From an uncultured virus (IMG/VR IMGVR_UViG_2061766007_000832) (lineage: Duplodnaviria > Heunggongvirae > Uroviricota > Caudoviricetes), in IMG/VR virus record IMGVR_UViG_2061766007_000832: a stretch of 64,000 nt of DNA. One strand, 5' to 3'. This document shows positions 54,177-63,270 of this stretch, piece after piece. Under the pieces are notes generated by a model, which was not told where the DNA came from, made no database searches, and saw only the letters and a list, made by a program, of their open reading frames with translations. Position 1 is the first letter of the stretch; every line of letters begins with the position of its first letter. Position numbers and translations under genes: made by a program.

Positions 54177-56103
54177 ATGAACATGATCAGATTCCATGAT
54201 GTACCATTCACAGGAGATGCAATCGCCCTAAAAGACGGGCGATTCATCTGGCACAATCTCCATAGCGGAGACTGTCCGCCGGATATCGAGATGCTGTACG
54301 TCAAGTACATGTACGACTACGACGGCGTGATCGTCTTCGTGCTGACTGACAAGGAGGATTGACCATGCTGAAAACATACACGCCCAAAGAGATGGAAGAG
54401 ATCAAAGAGTTCGCCTATGACCTGTGGAACAGGGGCGACTACGATACAGTAACAGTCGATGCGAACGGCATCGACATAGTAAACCCGTGGGTAAACTGTG
54501 ACGGAAGAGAAGAATTCAGTACCAACAAAGAAGCCATCGCCTATTGGGGTGAAGACATCTTCTACGGATTCTGCGAAAAAGCTTTCGTCTACATGTATCA
54601 ACATCGGATTACAGTAACACCCTGGGAGGTGACCAAACCATGACCATTCGAGAGTATGCCAAAGCCCACCATCATGAGGTGGTGGGCAAGCTCCGGAGGA
54701 TGCCGGAGCATGACGGGAAAGATCCGGACGGGAAACCGTACAAGTTCTACATCGACTCCATGGGCAATGAGTACACCATCAATAGCAACGGCGTATGCAT
54801 CACAACCTTTGATGACTGCGTAATTTGAAAGGGGAATAAACATGGGCATGATTCTGAAGAACGTCACCAACGACGTATACACCTTTGAGAATGAATACGG
54901 CAAGACCTTTGAATTCACATGGGAAGAGGTGCGGTCAATTGCGACCGCCCTCATGATCGAATACCTCAAGCAGGATGTCAGCGAGACCGTTGACAACCTG
55001 ATTGAGGATGAAGAGATCAATCCTGCCAAGCTTAACGGACTGACCGTTGATCAGTTCAAGGAAAAGGTTATTGACGTACTGTCCTACGGAACCATACAAG
55101 AGCTTTCCGAACCGAACATGGATCTCATATGGAACACGTGCATGGATGAAGCAAGAGAACTTGCTCAAAAGGAGGGATAATCCATGAAGTACCTGCCGAA
55201 ATATTCTGTTGAACTCCTCCGCCCGACCGGAAACTGGAATGCAAAGTTCCCCGGACCATACGAAGCGACTGAGGAGCAGTTACGAAACACCCTGTACATT
55301 ACTGAATCCTGGACGGATCCTGCAACAGGAAAACATTACAGGTGGACAGACAAAAAGTGTGTTGTCGTTACCTTCGATGAGATCAAAGCGATCTATGACA
55401 GCTGGGATCAGTCCGAACTCGACGAGGACGAACGTTACCACAGTGTATATGACTGGCTTCGTGATGCTTTCATGGATAAGGGAGGAGCCTTCCAGCCCTG
55501 CCGACTGACTGCCGGCACTCGTTTCTCCTGCATGGATTACTACGGTACAGGTGGTGGATGTGTCCAGCTGGTGTTCAAGTTCAATGACGAAGCATGGTTT
55601 GCCACTGACTTCGACATTATCGAATGCTTTGACATGCCGTACATGGACATTGAGGATGAGTATGATGACCACAGAAAAACGCCATCCATTCCCTGTCCTA
55701 CATGGCAGGAGGTTCTCGACTACGCCAAGGAAAACATGAAGGATGATTGGGACGAGATTGAGCATGGTATCACAAGCTACCTGCTCTACGTCAACGGCAA
55801 ATGGGATGATCAAATCATATTGGAGGAGGAATAACCATGGCAAGTAACCTCAACACCATTGACGAAGTCAATAAATTCTACGATCAATGCATTTCATTCT
55901 GGATTCGACAGGGCGCCCCTGAAGAGGTCGCCTGTGCCAAGGCTTTCTGGTGGGATATTGTTGAAATCTCAAATCAGTTCGATTCCTGGTCACCTGCAAA
56001 GGAACAATTCGCAGCTGACACTGTCGGCTATCATCCCGGAGAACCTGAACCTTCTGAAGAAGACGTAAAAACAGGCCGTTGCAATTATCCTGCTTGGCCT
56101 TGA
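54177..56103 (+). CDS. Run of hypothetical genes (54177-54362, 54359-54643, 54640-54828, 54842-55180, 55184-55834, 55837-56103)
   Basis: Coupled co-oriented ORFs, mostly acidic. Confidence 0.7.
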
Positions 56104-56136
56104 CAACCACTCGTTTAAGTAGTAAGATATTACTAC
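56100..56136 (+). promoter_or_regulatory. Island promoter, copy 2
   Basis: TTGACA-17-TAAGAT; GTAGTAAGATATTACTACAAAGAGCAGTA identical to copy 1. Confidence 0.8.
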
Positions 56137-56179
56137 AAAGAGCAGTAGCTGAACTGCTGAAAAGAAAGGGGAATACACC

Positions 56180-56503
56180 ATGAAAATGAAGACTGTACGC
56201 ACCACAAGACTGAAGTACGCCAAGCGTGTACGCATTATGACCTCCAAATATACGGACGGATCCCTGTATGTAGGGATCCTCACGATGAGCGGAGAGGACT
56301 ACTGTGACATCACGACCAACCTTGTTGGATTCTATTATCCTCATCAAGCCTACGTGCAGTGCGGTTCCGAAGCTGAAGCTTTCCTGTGTGAGCAGGAGAT
56401 CGCAACGCCTTGCGCCCTCACCATTCAGTCCGGCTTCAACACCTACCGCCTGTATGACTTCACTCCCCTGCTAAATGATCCCGCCATGAAAGAGGTGAGC
56501 TAA
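56180..56503 (+). CDS. DUF4313-like hypothetical protein
   Basis: SKYTDGSLYVGI, GEDYCDITTNL, QSGFNTYRLYDF. Confidence 0.55.
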   Translation: MKMKTVRTTRLKYAKRVRIMTSKYTDGSLYVGILTMSGEDYCDITTNLVGFYYPHQAYVQCGSEAEAFLCEQEIATPCALTIQSGFNTYRLYDFTPLLNDPAMKEVS

Positions 56504-56504
56504 C

Positions 56505-57248
56505 ATGATCCCGACCGCATACAAGTCTCCGGCGGGGACGGTGTACTCACCGTTCCTCCGCCTGGCTGACAGACCTCACCTGCTGATCGCAGGATGCACA
56601 GGATCCGGTAAGTCCGTGGCCCTCAATGGAATCGTAGCGTCCCTGATGATCGCCCGTTCCCCGTTCACCACTCAGTTCGTGCTGATCGATCCAAAGCGAG
56701 TCGAGCTCTCGCAGTACCGGGATCTTCCTCACACTGTGAAATACGCAGCTGACCATCCGGATATCGTCCGAGCTCTACAGTGGGTACTCGAGGAAACTGA
56801 CAGGCGGTTCAAGTACATGTCCTCCGCCGGCGTGAAAGAGTATGAGGGCTCTCACCTGTACGTCATCATCGACGAACTCGCCGACCTCATGGTATCGATC
56901 AAGGAAGAGACGCTCCCGTTGCTACAGCGTCTCGCTCAGATCGGACGGGCAGCCCGGGTCCATGTCATCGCATGCTCGCAGAACATCATGGCACAGACCA
57001 TTCCTACCGTTCTCCGATGCAATTTCAGCACGATCCTGGGACTGCGCACCGCAAACAAACAGCAGTCCAGGTTCCTGATCAATGCCACAGGATGTGAACA
57101 GCTTCCGAACCCGAAGGTAGAAGGGAAAGGCTACGGCTTCCTGCGTGACGGAGCCGACCTCGAGAAGCTCTTCATCTACAAGTATCCCGATGAAACCATA
57201 ACCGACCTGATCAGGTGGTGGACGTCCTCCGCCTGTATCGCTGGATGA
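56505..57248 (+). CDS. Stand-alone FtsK/SpoIIIE-family ATPase domain
   Basis: PHLLIAGCTGSGKS, LIDPKRVEL, VIIDELADL, AQIGRAARVH. Confidence 0.9.
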   Translation: MIPTAYKSPAGTVYSPFLRLADRPHLLIAGCTGSGKSVALNGIVASLMIARSPFTTQFVLIDPKRVELSQYRDLPHTVKYAADHPDIVRALQWVLEETDRRFKYMSSAGVKEYEGSHLYVIIDELADLMVSIKEETLPLLQRLAQIGRAARVHVIACSQNIMAQTIPTVLRCNFSTILGLRTANKQQSRFLINATGCEQLPNPKVEGKGYGFLRDGADLEKLFIYKYPDETITDLIRWWTSSACIAG

Positions 57249-57261
57249 AAGGAGAACCGCC

Positions 57262-58366
57262 ATGAAAAACCGTATCATACTGACTTTCCTTGACGTTCCG
57301 AATGGCAAGGAAGTCCTCGTCAAAGTTCCGGAAGAACTCGACCGTGATGCTTTCGCAACATTCATCATGACAGAACTCGGGAACAATCCAACCTACGTCA
57401 TGATAAACGTGACCATGTTTTAAGGAGGCTTATATGAAAGCAGAATTCTACCGTGACTTCTCCGGCTGCACCGCTTCCATCCGGAAGTGGGGTAAGCAGT
57501 TCTGGCTCCGGATCAAGTCTCCGAACGGGACCATGACGGTCCAGTCCAAGCGGTACAACACCTACCGTGGTGCGAAGATTGCCATGGGCATTGCAGGTCA
57601 GAGCTGGACTCTGACCGGAAAGGGGTAAGCTATGAAAACATTTACCAAGTCTGACCTGCGTACCGGCATGTACGTCACGCTCCGCAACGGCGAATCCTAT
57701 TACGTCATGCTCAACACCGGTCTTAAACAGGGCGACATTATGATTCAAAAGTGCGGTCAGCAAATGGACTGGATGCCGCTGAAAAATTACGACGACCAGC
57801 TTTGCTACCATGACGATCCTGATGATGTCCTGACCGATATCTTCGGACCGGATACGCCCGAAAACCAAGCCAAATGGGACATCATGAAGGTCCAGGCTCC
57901 TCCGAACGTGCTGTACATCTGCACCGGAATCGACTACAATACCATCTGGGAAAGGAGCGAGTCCAAATGAAAAAGCAGCTCCGACTTATCCGGCAGGAAG
58001 CATTCGAGTCCATCATGAACTGTGCTTCGGACCTGACCGGATTCGCCAACGATCTTGAAGCCCTGAACAAACACTTCGAGTCGGACCGCTACCGTTCCCT
58101 TGCCAATTACCTCGAAGAGTTCATTCATCGTGAAAGGAGACTGACCAATGCCTAACATGACCCGTGAAGACTTCGGCAGCAACGTCCCGACCAACGCCGA
58201 TGACATCATCCAGCACGTAAACAACCTCATCCTGTACCATGAGGAGTGCGTATTCTGGGACGGTAACCACGCCGGAACCGACCAGTGGGAGAAGGAGCTC
58301 ATCTACTGCTGCGTACGTGGTGACCGGACCGACCCGTTACAGAACGTTCCGTCCCCTACCTACTGA
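57262..58366 (+). CDS. Run of small hypothetical genes (57262-57423, 57434-57628, 57632-57970, 57967-58155, 58148-58366)
   Basis: Coupled ORFs with RBSs. Confidence 0.7.
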
Positions 58367-58859
58367 CATTTCCCGTTCCCCTTTCTTTCTGCCCGTCCTG
58401 GCTTCGGCTGGGGCGGGCTTTTTTTATTTTATACCAACGCCCACTCTGACCATAATTGATCTTTGGGTTAACACCATTCTTCTCGCACCACTCTTTGAAT
58501 ATAAACATTTCTTTGATATGCTGACCCGTTCCAAGCTCCTGCTTCGCCTGGGTTTCCGTTATCTGTCTGTTAATATACCGAGTGAATACACTGTCTGCAA
58601 GCTGTGGATCATACACCTTTCTCTTCCGACCACCGTTGTTCGGTCTCTTACGTTTTCGTCCATACGTTATAATCGAATGACAATCCTCACAAACAGGGAC
58701 TAAGTTGCTGATAATATCTTTGCCACCACACTCAAGCGGAACGATATGGTGGTACTCGATCTTTGAACCAACATCCATTCCGCAGTTACAACAGACCGTG
58801 CCAAGCAACTTGTCACGTTTTGCCTTATGTGCTACTTTTCTGCTCTGATATGTACTCAT
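58356..58859 (-). CDS. HNH endonuclease
   Basis: CCNCG...YHHIVPLECGG...NLVPVCEDCH. Confidence 0.88.
   Translation of the reverse strand: MSTYQSRKVAHKAKRDKLLGTVCCNCGMDVGSKIEYHHIVPLECGGKDIISNLVPVCEDCHSIITYGRKRKRPNNGGRKRKVYDPQLADSVFTRYINRQITETQAKQELGTGQHIKEMFIFKEWCEKNGVNPKINYGQSGRWYKIKKARPSRSQDGQKERGTGNVSR
58391..58430 (+). terminator. Intrinsic terminator ending the island
   Basis: GCCCGTCCTGGC-TTCG-GCTGGGGCGGGC-T-rich tail. Confidence 0.9.
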
Positions 58860-58947
58860 GACTGCACCTTCCCTATCGTTTATTTCTCGCAGTCATGCGC
58901 CTACTACTTTTCGCATTTAGTATACTACATATAGTGCGAAAAGTCAA
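58855..58947 (-). promoter_or_regulatory. HNH promoter and start-codon-occluding hairpin; conserved hairpin copy A (58886-58902)
   Basis: TTGACT-17-TATACT; CATGACTGC pairs with GCAGTCATG, which includes the ATG; element AG-G-CGCA-TGAC-TGCG-AG. Confidence 0.75.
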
Positions 58948-59097
58948 TGCCATTAACGCTCGTATATGGCACGATTATTTCAATGAGCAGTATCAGTACT
59001 CAATCCACCTGTATTCCGTGCCTATTCTCATGCCATTTTCTACTTGCCAATAACCTCCGTTTGTGTTATTATTTACTACAGAAGGAGGTGCATATAC

Positions 59098-59652
59098 TTG
59101 AAAATCGGGTACGCACGAGTGTCTACACAGGATCAGAACCTCGACAGGCAGATTGATAACCTCAAGGCAGCAGGATGTGAGCGAATCTTTAATGAGAAGA
59201 TGACGGGAACAAAGTCGGACCGTCCGGAACTCAAAACGATGATGTTTACCCTACGTTCCGGAGACATCCTGGTCATTGATTCGTTCTCCAGACTGAGCCG
59301 ATCCACCAAAGATTTGCTCGAACTCGTGGAAAAGCTAACCGCCATGGACGTTCACCTTGTGTCGCTAAAGGAAAACCTCGACACGACAACAGCAACCGGC
59401 AAACTAATGCTAACCATGCTGTCTGCCCTGTCTCAATTTGAACGTGACCTGATCGCAGAAAGAACCATTGACGGACTGAAAGCAGCTCGTGCGAGAGGTC
59501 GGTGTGGTGGCAGACCAAAGCTTGGTACAGACAAGGACAGAAAGCAAGCAATCGCAATGTATAATGCGAACGTCATGTCAAACAAAGAGATTGCAACCAA
59601 GTTTGGAATCTCGCTACGAACACTAAGCCGATGGATAAAAGAAGGGCAGTGA
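59098..59652 (+). CDS. Small serine recombinase (resolvase/invertase)
   Basis: IGYARVSTQDQNL, RLSRS, FERDLIAERT, GGRPK, C-terminal HTH; TTG start after GGAGGTG; promoter TTGCCA-17-TATTAT at 59044-59072. Confidence 0.95.
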   Translation: MKIGYARVSTQDQNLDRQIDNLKAAGCERIFNEKMTGTKSDRPELKTMMFTLRSGDILVIDSFSRLSRSTKDLLELVEKLTAMDVHLVSLKENLDTTTATGKLMLTMLSALSQFERDLIAERTIDGLKAARARGRCGGRPKLGTDKDRKQAIAMYNANVMSNKEIATKFGISLRTLSRWIKEGQ

Positions 59653-59810
59653 TAAACTCACTGCTCTTTTAAGTGGCCCTGTCAATTTCCCACACAAGAA
59701 AGCAACCCGTCACGTCATAGATATATTATTTCTATAAAAAATAATAATAATAGGACAGGTATACTCTCAATCTATACCTGCCCCGTTATGTTATATGCTG
59801 TTTCTATATG

Positions 59811-60365
59811 TCATTCGTCTTCTGGTATTCCATCGAGCAGTCGTTTCCGTGCGTCATCAGCGTTCAGATCCTGCATCGGGTTGTTCGGAGTGACAACCAC
59901 GTCCGTCTGATCCTTGTACTGATGGTTGTTCTTCAGCAGGAATATCGCTGGTATCGGATTGATCTTTCCGTCAGCCATAACTTGAACCAATAACTGATTG
60001 GTCAAGGTATAGGCTCTTTTAATAGCGTTACGGCTGGCTTCAGGCAAGCTCGAATCCACACCTTCCTTCCACCGCCATAGCGTAGTGCGATTTGTACCGA
60101 ACGCAAGGGCAACAGACTCTATTGTTGGCTTCATATCGTGTTCAATCATATACATAAAAGCTTCATCGACACGACGTTCAACAGCGTCCGGATCATGCAT
60201 GTCTACCTTACCCATCTTTGACAGGTTCAGCGCATTAAGAATCATACCGGACATTTCGCCTGGTTCGCAGTGTACAGACAATGCTTCAGTGCGATCTGGA
60301 CGTTTCCGTTTTTGTTTTGTGACAATATCAACAACGTTATCATTCGACACGTCTTTACCTGCCAT
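59811..60365 (-). CDS. terS: Terminase small subunit (P22 gp3-like)
   Basis: KPTIESVALAFGTNRTTLWRW, GKINPIPAIFLLKNNHQYKD. Confidence 0.75.
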   Translation of the reverse strand: MAGKDVSNDNVVDIVTKQKRKRPDRTEALSVHCEPGEMSGMILNALNLSKMGKVDMHDPDAVERRVDEAFMYMIEHDMKPTIESVALAFGTNRTTLWRWKEGVDSSLPEASRNAIKRAYTLTNQLLVQVMADGKINPIPAIFLLKNNHQYKDQTDVVVTPNNPMQDLNADDARKRLLDGIPEDE

Positions 60366-60477
60366 TCTATTTCACCTCATTTAAAGCCATTTTTAAGCGA
60401 TTCTACCCGTGTCTTGTTTCGGATGACCGTGAACTGCTCGTAGTCTTGTGAAGCGCATTCTACGTCATCCTGTGCTC

Positions 60478-60506
60478 ATTCTACTACATTCAGTAGTAAA
60501 AGTAAA
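60478..60506 (-). promoter_or_regulatory. terS promoter
   Basis: TTTACT-17-TAGAAT with TACTAC-N5-GTAGTA. Confidence 0.65.
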
Positions 60507-61931
60507 TCAGAATGCGTTCGGCAGATCCTTCCATTGCAGTGATGCGTATGGTTCCGAAGCCTTTGCAAACTGTGGTTTTGCTTTTGCGAGGTAGTGGGTG
60601 ATGATTGGGTGCTCGCATGGCTCAGACACGTATGAGTCTGAGTAGCGAGACGGAAGCTTTAAGATTTGGAGGAAGCAATTGAAGTTGAGTGCGTCCTGCT
60701 CGAGATGTTCGTAGTGCGTGGTGTTAATGTCCGTGATAATTCGGTCATCCATTTTGTCTGAACGGAACTTTGCGAGGTTCATGAGCATAACTCCTGCGTT
60801 GAAGTAAGGAAGCTGTGTATGGTTGTGATTACGTACTTCCTCTACGGCAGCGAAGTAGCGGTTCTCAAGATCGTAGTTCCACAAGTCAGATATGTCATCT
60901 GAAACGATAGTGTCGGGATCGAGCCAAAGCACACGGTCAACGTCAGCCGGAAGGACTTTGGTAAGTGCCGCCCGAAGCGTTGTCATATAGCCATACCACC
61001 TCATGATATTGGGACAGGTTGGAGGGAATATTGTTTGGGATGACACATTGATAGGCTGGAAGATTGGAGGCAGATCTTTTCCGATATCGTCGTTGTCAAC
61101 CAGGAGGAAGATCTTATCGACCTTGGAGTGGAAGAGGAGGGACTTGGCTGATGCAAGCATCATGTCCTGCACCCGGCTGTCTGAAGCGTAAACAACATAG
61201 CGAGGTTGAGGAGACGTGTGAGTAAGCCAGTACTGAACGATCTCGAACTGAGACCAGTCTTCTGCATTGAAACCTGCGAAGTGCCGGACGATTGTGTGCT
61301 TTGCGTGTCCGGTGATATCGAAGCCTGGGACAGTAACATTGTAGTCTGGAGGAAGCGGGTCGAAACGGTTACCGCAGATCTTGTTGAAAGCGTCCTGCTC
61401 GGGGTAACGATGGAAGGTAGTGTTAAGCTCCTGAATGATCAGGTCATCTTTACCGGAAGAACGAAGCTTGTCGAGATTCAGAAGGACTAAGCCGAAGTTG
61501 GCATAAGGTACGCCACGAAGCTGTGATCCTCTCGGCTCGATGACAGCAGCGTAGTAAGCATGCGATAGGTCATAGTCCCATAGGGCTGAGATTGAACCAC
61601 AGGTCACAGTGTCAACGTCAAGGATGACAGCTCGTGATGCGTCGGGAAAGATCTTGGTAAGCGTGGTCTTCATCAGTACCATGTAGGTGTATCTTGTGCG
61701 GAAGCAAGGTGAATTTTGAGGGAAAAAGGTCTGCTGTGATACATTTACACAGGTAACATTAGCAGGAGTTTTGTAAGGGAGATTGTCATCCTCGATGAAG
61801 AGGTAGACATGCACGTCAGGATTGTGAGCGAGCAGAGAGTTATACGCAGCGGGAAGGTATGGATATAGGTGGTGAGTAGAAAACATTGCGACAATATGCT
61901 CACCTGGCTTTGTGTGGATAACAGGATTCAT
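60507..61931 (-). CDS. Tandem double-domain GT8 glycosyltransferase
   Basis: Two repeats: ILDVDT/NFGLVLLNL/EQDAFN/HFAG and WLDPDT/FNAGVMLMNL/EQDALN/HYLA. Confidence 0.92.
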   Translation of the reverse strand: MNPVIHTKPGEHIVAMFSTHHLYPYLPAAYNSLLAHNPDVHVYLFIEDDNLPYKTPANVTCVNVSQQTFFPQNSPCFRTRYTYMVLMKTTLTKIFPDASRAVILDVDTVTCGSISALWDYDLSHAYYAAVIEPRGSQLRGVPYANFGLVLLNLDKLRSSGKDDLIIQELNTTFHRYPEQDAFNKICGNRFDPLPPDYNVTVPGFDITGHAKHTIVRHFAGFNAEDWSQFEIVQYWLTHTSPQPRYVVYASDSRVQDMMLASAKSLLFHSKVDKIFLLVDNDDIGKDLPPIFQPINVSSQTIFPPTCPNIMRWYGYMTTLRAALTKVLPADVDRVLWLDPDTIVSDDISDLWNYDLENRYFAAVEEVRNHNHTQLPYFNAGVMLMNLAKFRSDKMDDRIITDINTTHYEHLEQDALNFNCFLQILKLPSRYSDSYVSEPCEHPIITHYLAKAKPQFAKASEPYASLQWKDLPNAF

Positions 61932-62918
61932 TTAGTCATCTCCTTTCATGGAATCGATCAGGGAAATGATTCGCTCACAGGAATGTCCGTCACATGCGCC
62001 GGCAACAACATCACGTATGATTTCCTCCTGCTCTGATAACCAACAGTGCTGTGCCCTGTACCGCATCATATCTACCAGCTGTGCTTCATTCCTTGCAGTA
62101 AGTGAGCAGTACTCATGCGGATACTCATAGTACATGCCACGGGTTTCAGTGTAGCCACGCTCTTTCTCAAACAGTACTACAGGTTTGTCGAGAAGGTAAG
62201 CATCGAACATGATTGAGGAGTAGTCTGTGATAACAACGTCTGCATCGTAGAGGTATGGGGTGGTAGGTTCTGTGGCTGAGATAACTGCAATGTGCTTGTA
62301 AGGCATAGTGTACAGATTCATAAAACTGTTTAAGTCACCATGATCTGCTTCCCACGGGTGAACCTTGACTGCCAGGACCTCATTATCAGTGAGGTTGTCA
62401 TCGATCAGCTTCCAGTTAATATTAGGATACGGTGTTTCTCCACTATCCCTGAATGTCGGAACAAATAGGTACGCAACTTTGTTTGCAAGCGTTGTGTTTC
62501 CGTCGCCTTTCTTTTTCCCAATGTACTGATCAGTGCGGGGAAATCCGAGGGAAAGAATGTTATCAAGCGATACGCCTGTGCATCTGTTCCACAGCATTTC
62601 TGCACCGACACCTGCGGAAATAATATACGTCATTCTCGATGCGAATGTCGGGTGATAGTATGGATGATTTGGCTGGTCGAGACAGATCTTCTTCCCACCC
62701 TGTATCCCATGCCAGATCATGATGCACTTGCCTGGGGTGATTGAAGGGATGTCATCAGTCACCATGATGTCATACTTGTCCTGCTCTATGTCAGTGTATA
62801 GCTTGTCATCTGTTGACAGCATGTGTACCTTCGGACCCGGGTATGCATCATATATAGCCTTGAGATTTTCTGCTCTCTCAAGAGGACGGAAGCTTACGAA
62901 CAGTACAGGCTTAGTCAT
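61932..62918 (-). CDS. CDP-glycerol glycerophosphotransferase family protein (TagB/TagF-like)
   Basis: MIWHG, LGFPRTD, FVPTFRD, VKVHP, VITDYSSIMFDAYLLDKPV, CDGHSCERI. Confidence 0.92.
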   Translation of the reverse strand: MTKPVLFVSFRPLERAENLKAIYDAYPGPKVHMLSTDDKLYTDIEQDKYDIMVTDDIPSITPGKCIMIWHGIQGGKKICLDQPNHPYYHPTFASRMTYIISAGVGAEMLWNRCTGVSLDNILSLGFPRTDQYIGKKKGDGNTTLANKVAYLFVPTFRDSGETPYPNINWKLIDDNLTDNEVLAVKVHPWEADHGDLNSFMNLYTMPYKHIAVISATEPTTPYLYDADVVITDYSSIMFDAYLLDKPVVLFEKERGYTETRGMYYEYPHEYCSLTARNEAQLVDMMRYRAQHCWLSEQEEIIRDVVAGACDGHSCERIISLIDSMKGDD

Positions 62919-63270
62919 CAGCTTCCACTTCCTTCTTTTCGAGCAGTCCGTACTCTTCCATGACAATTCTGTTGGCCCTGCGGATTACGATCCATATGAC
63001 GTTGGTCGGGATGTTCTTCTTCAGGGAGTAGTCTTCCACTGCGTACTGATCGTCACCCCAACGGGTATTGAAGTACATCCTCAGGATATCCTGATCATTC
63101 TGAATGAACCTGTGGGTGAATATGTGGTTACAGATCGCATAGTTGTTTCTCTTTACAACAGAAAGCTTTTCCCATTCATAGCCAGGTTTGTCCACACCTT
63201 CCCGAATCAGTGCGAAGTACGTACGCCATAGGTGATTGGCTGCACTCCTCCACCATTCGACTGTTTTCAT
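62911..63270 (-). CDS. Hypothetical protein, possible late transcriptional regulator
   Basis: QDILRMYF...YSLKKNIPTNVIWIVIRRA...EYGLL resembles ArpU/RinA-type C-termini; lies upstream of terS. Confidence 0.45.
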   Translation of the reverse strand: MKTVEWWRSAANHLWRTYFALIREGVDKPGYEWEKLSVVKRNNYAICNHIFTHRFIQNDQDILRMYFNTRWGDDQYAVEDYSLKKNIPTNVIWIVIRRANRIVMEEYGLLEKKEVEADD

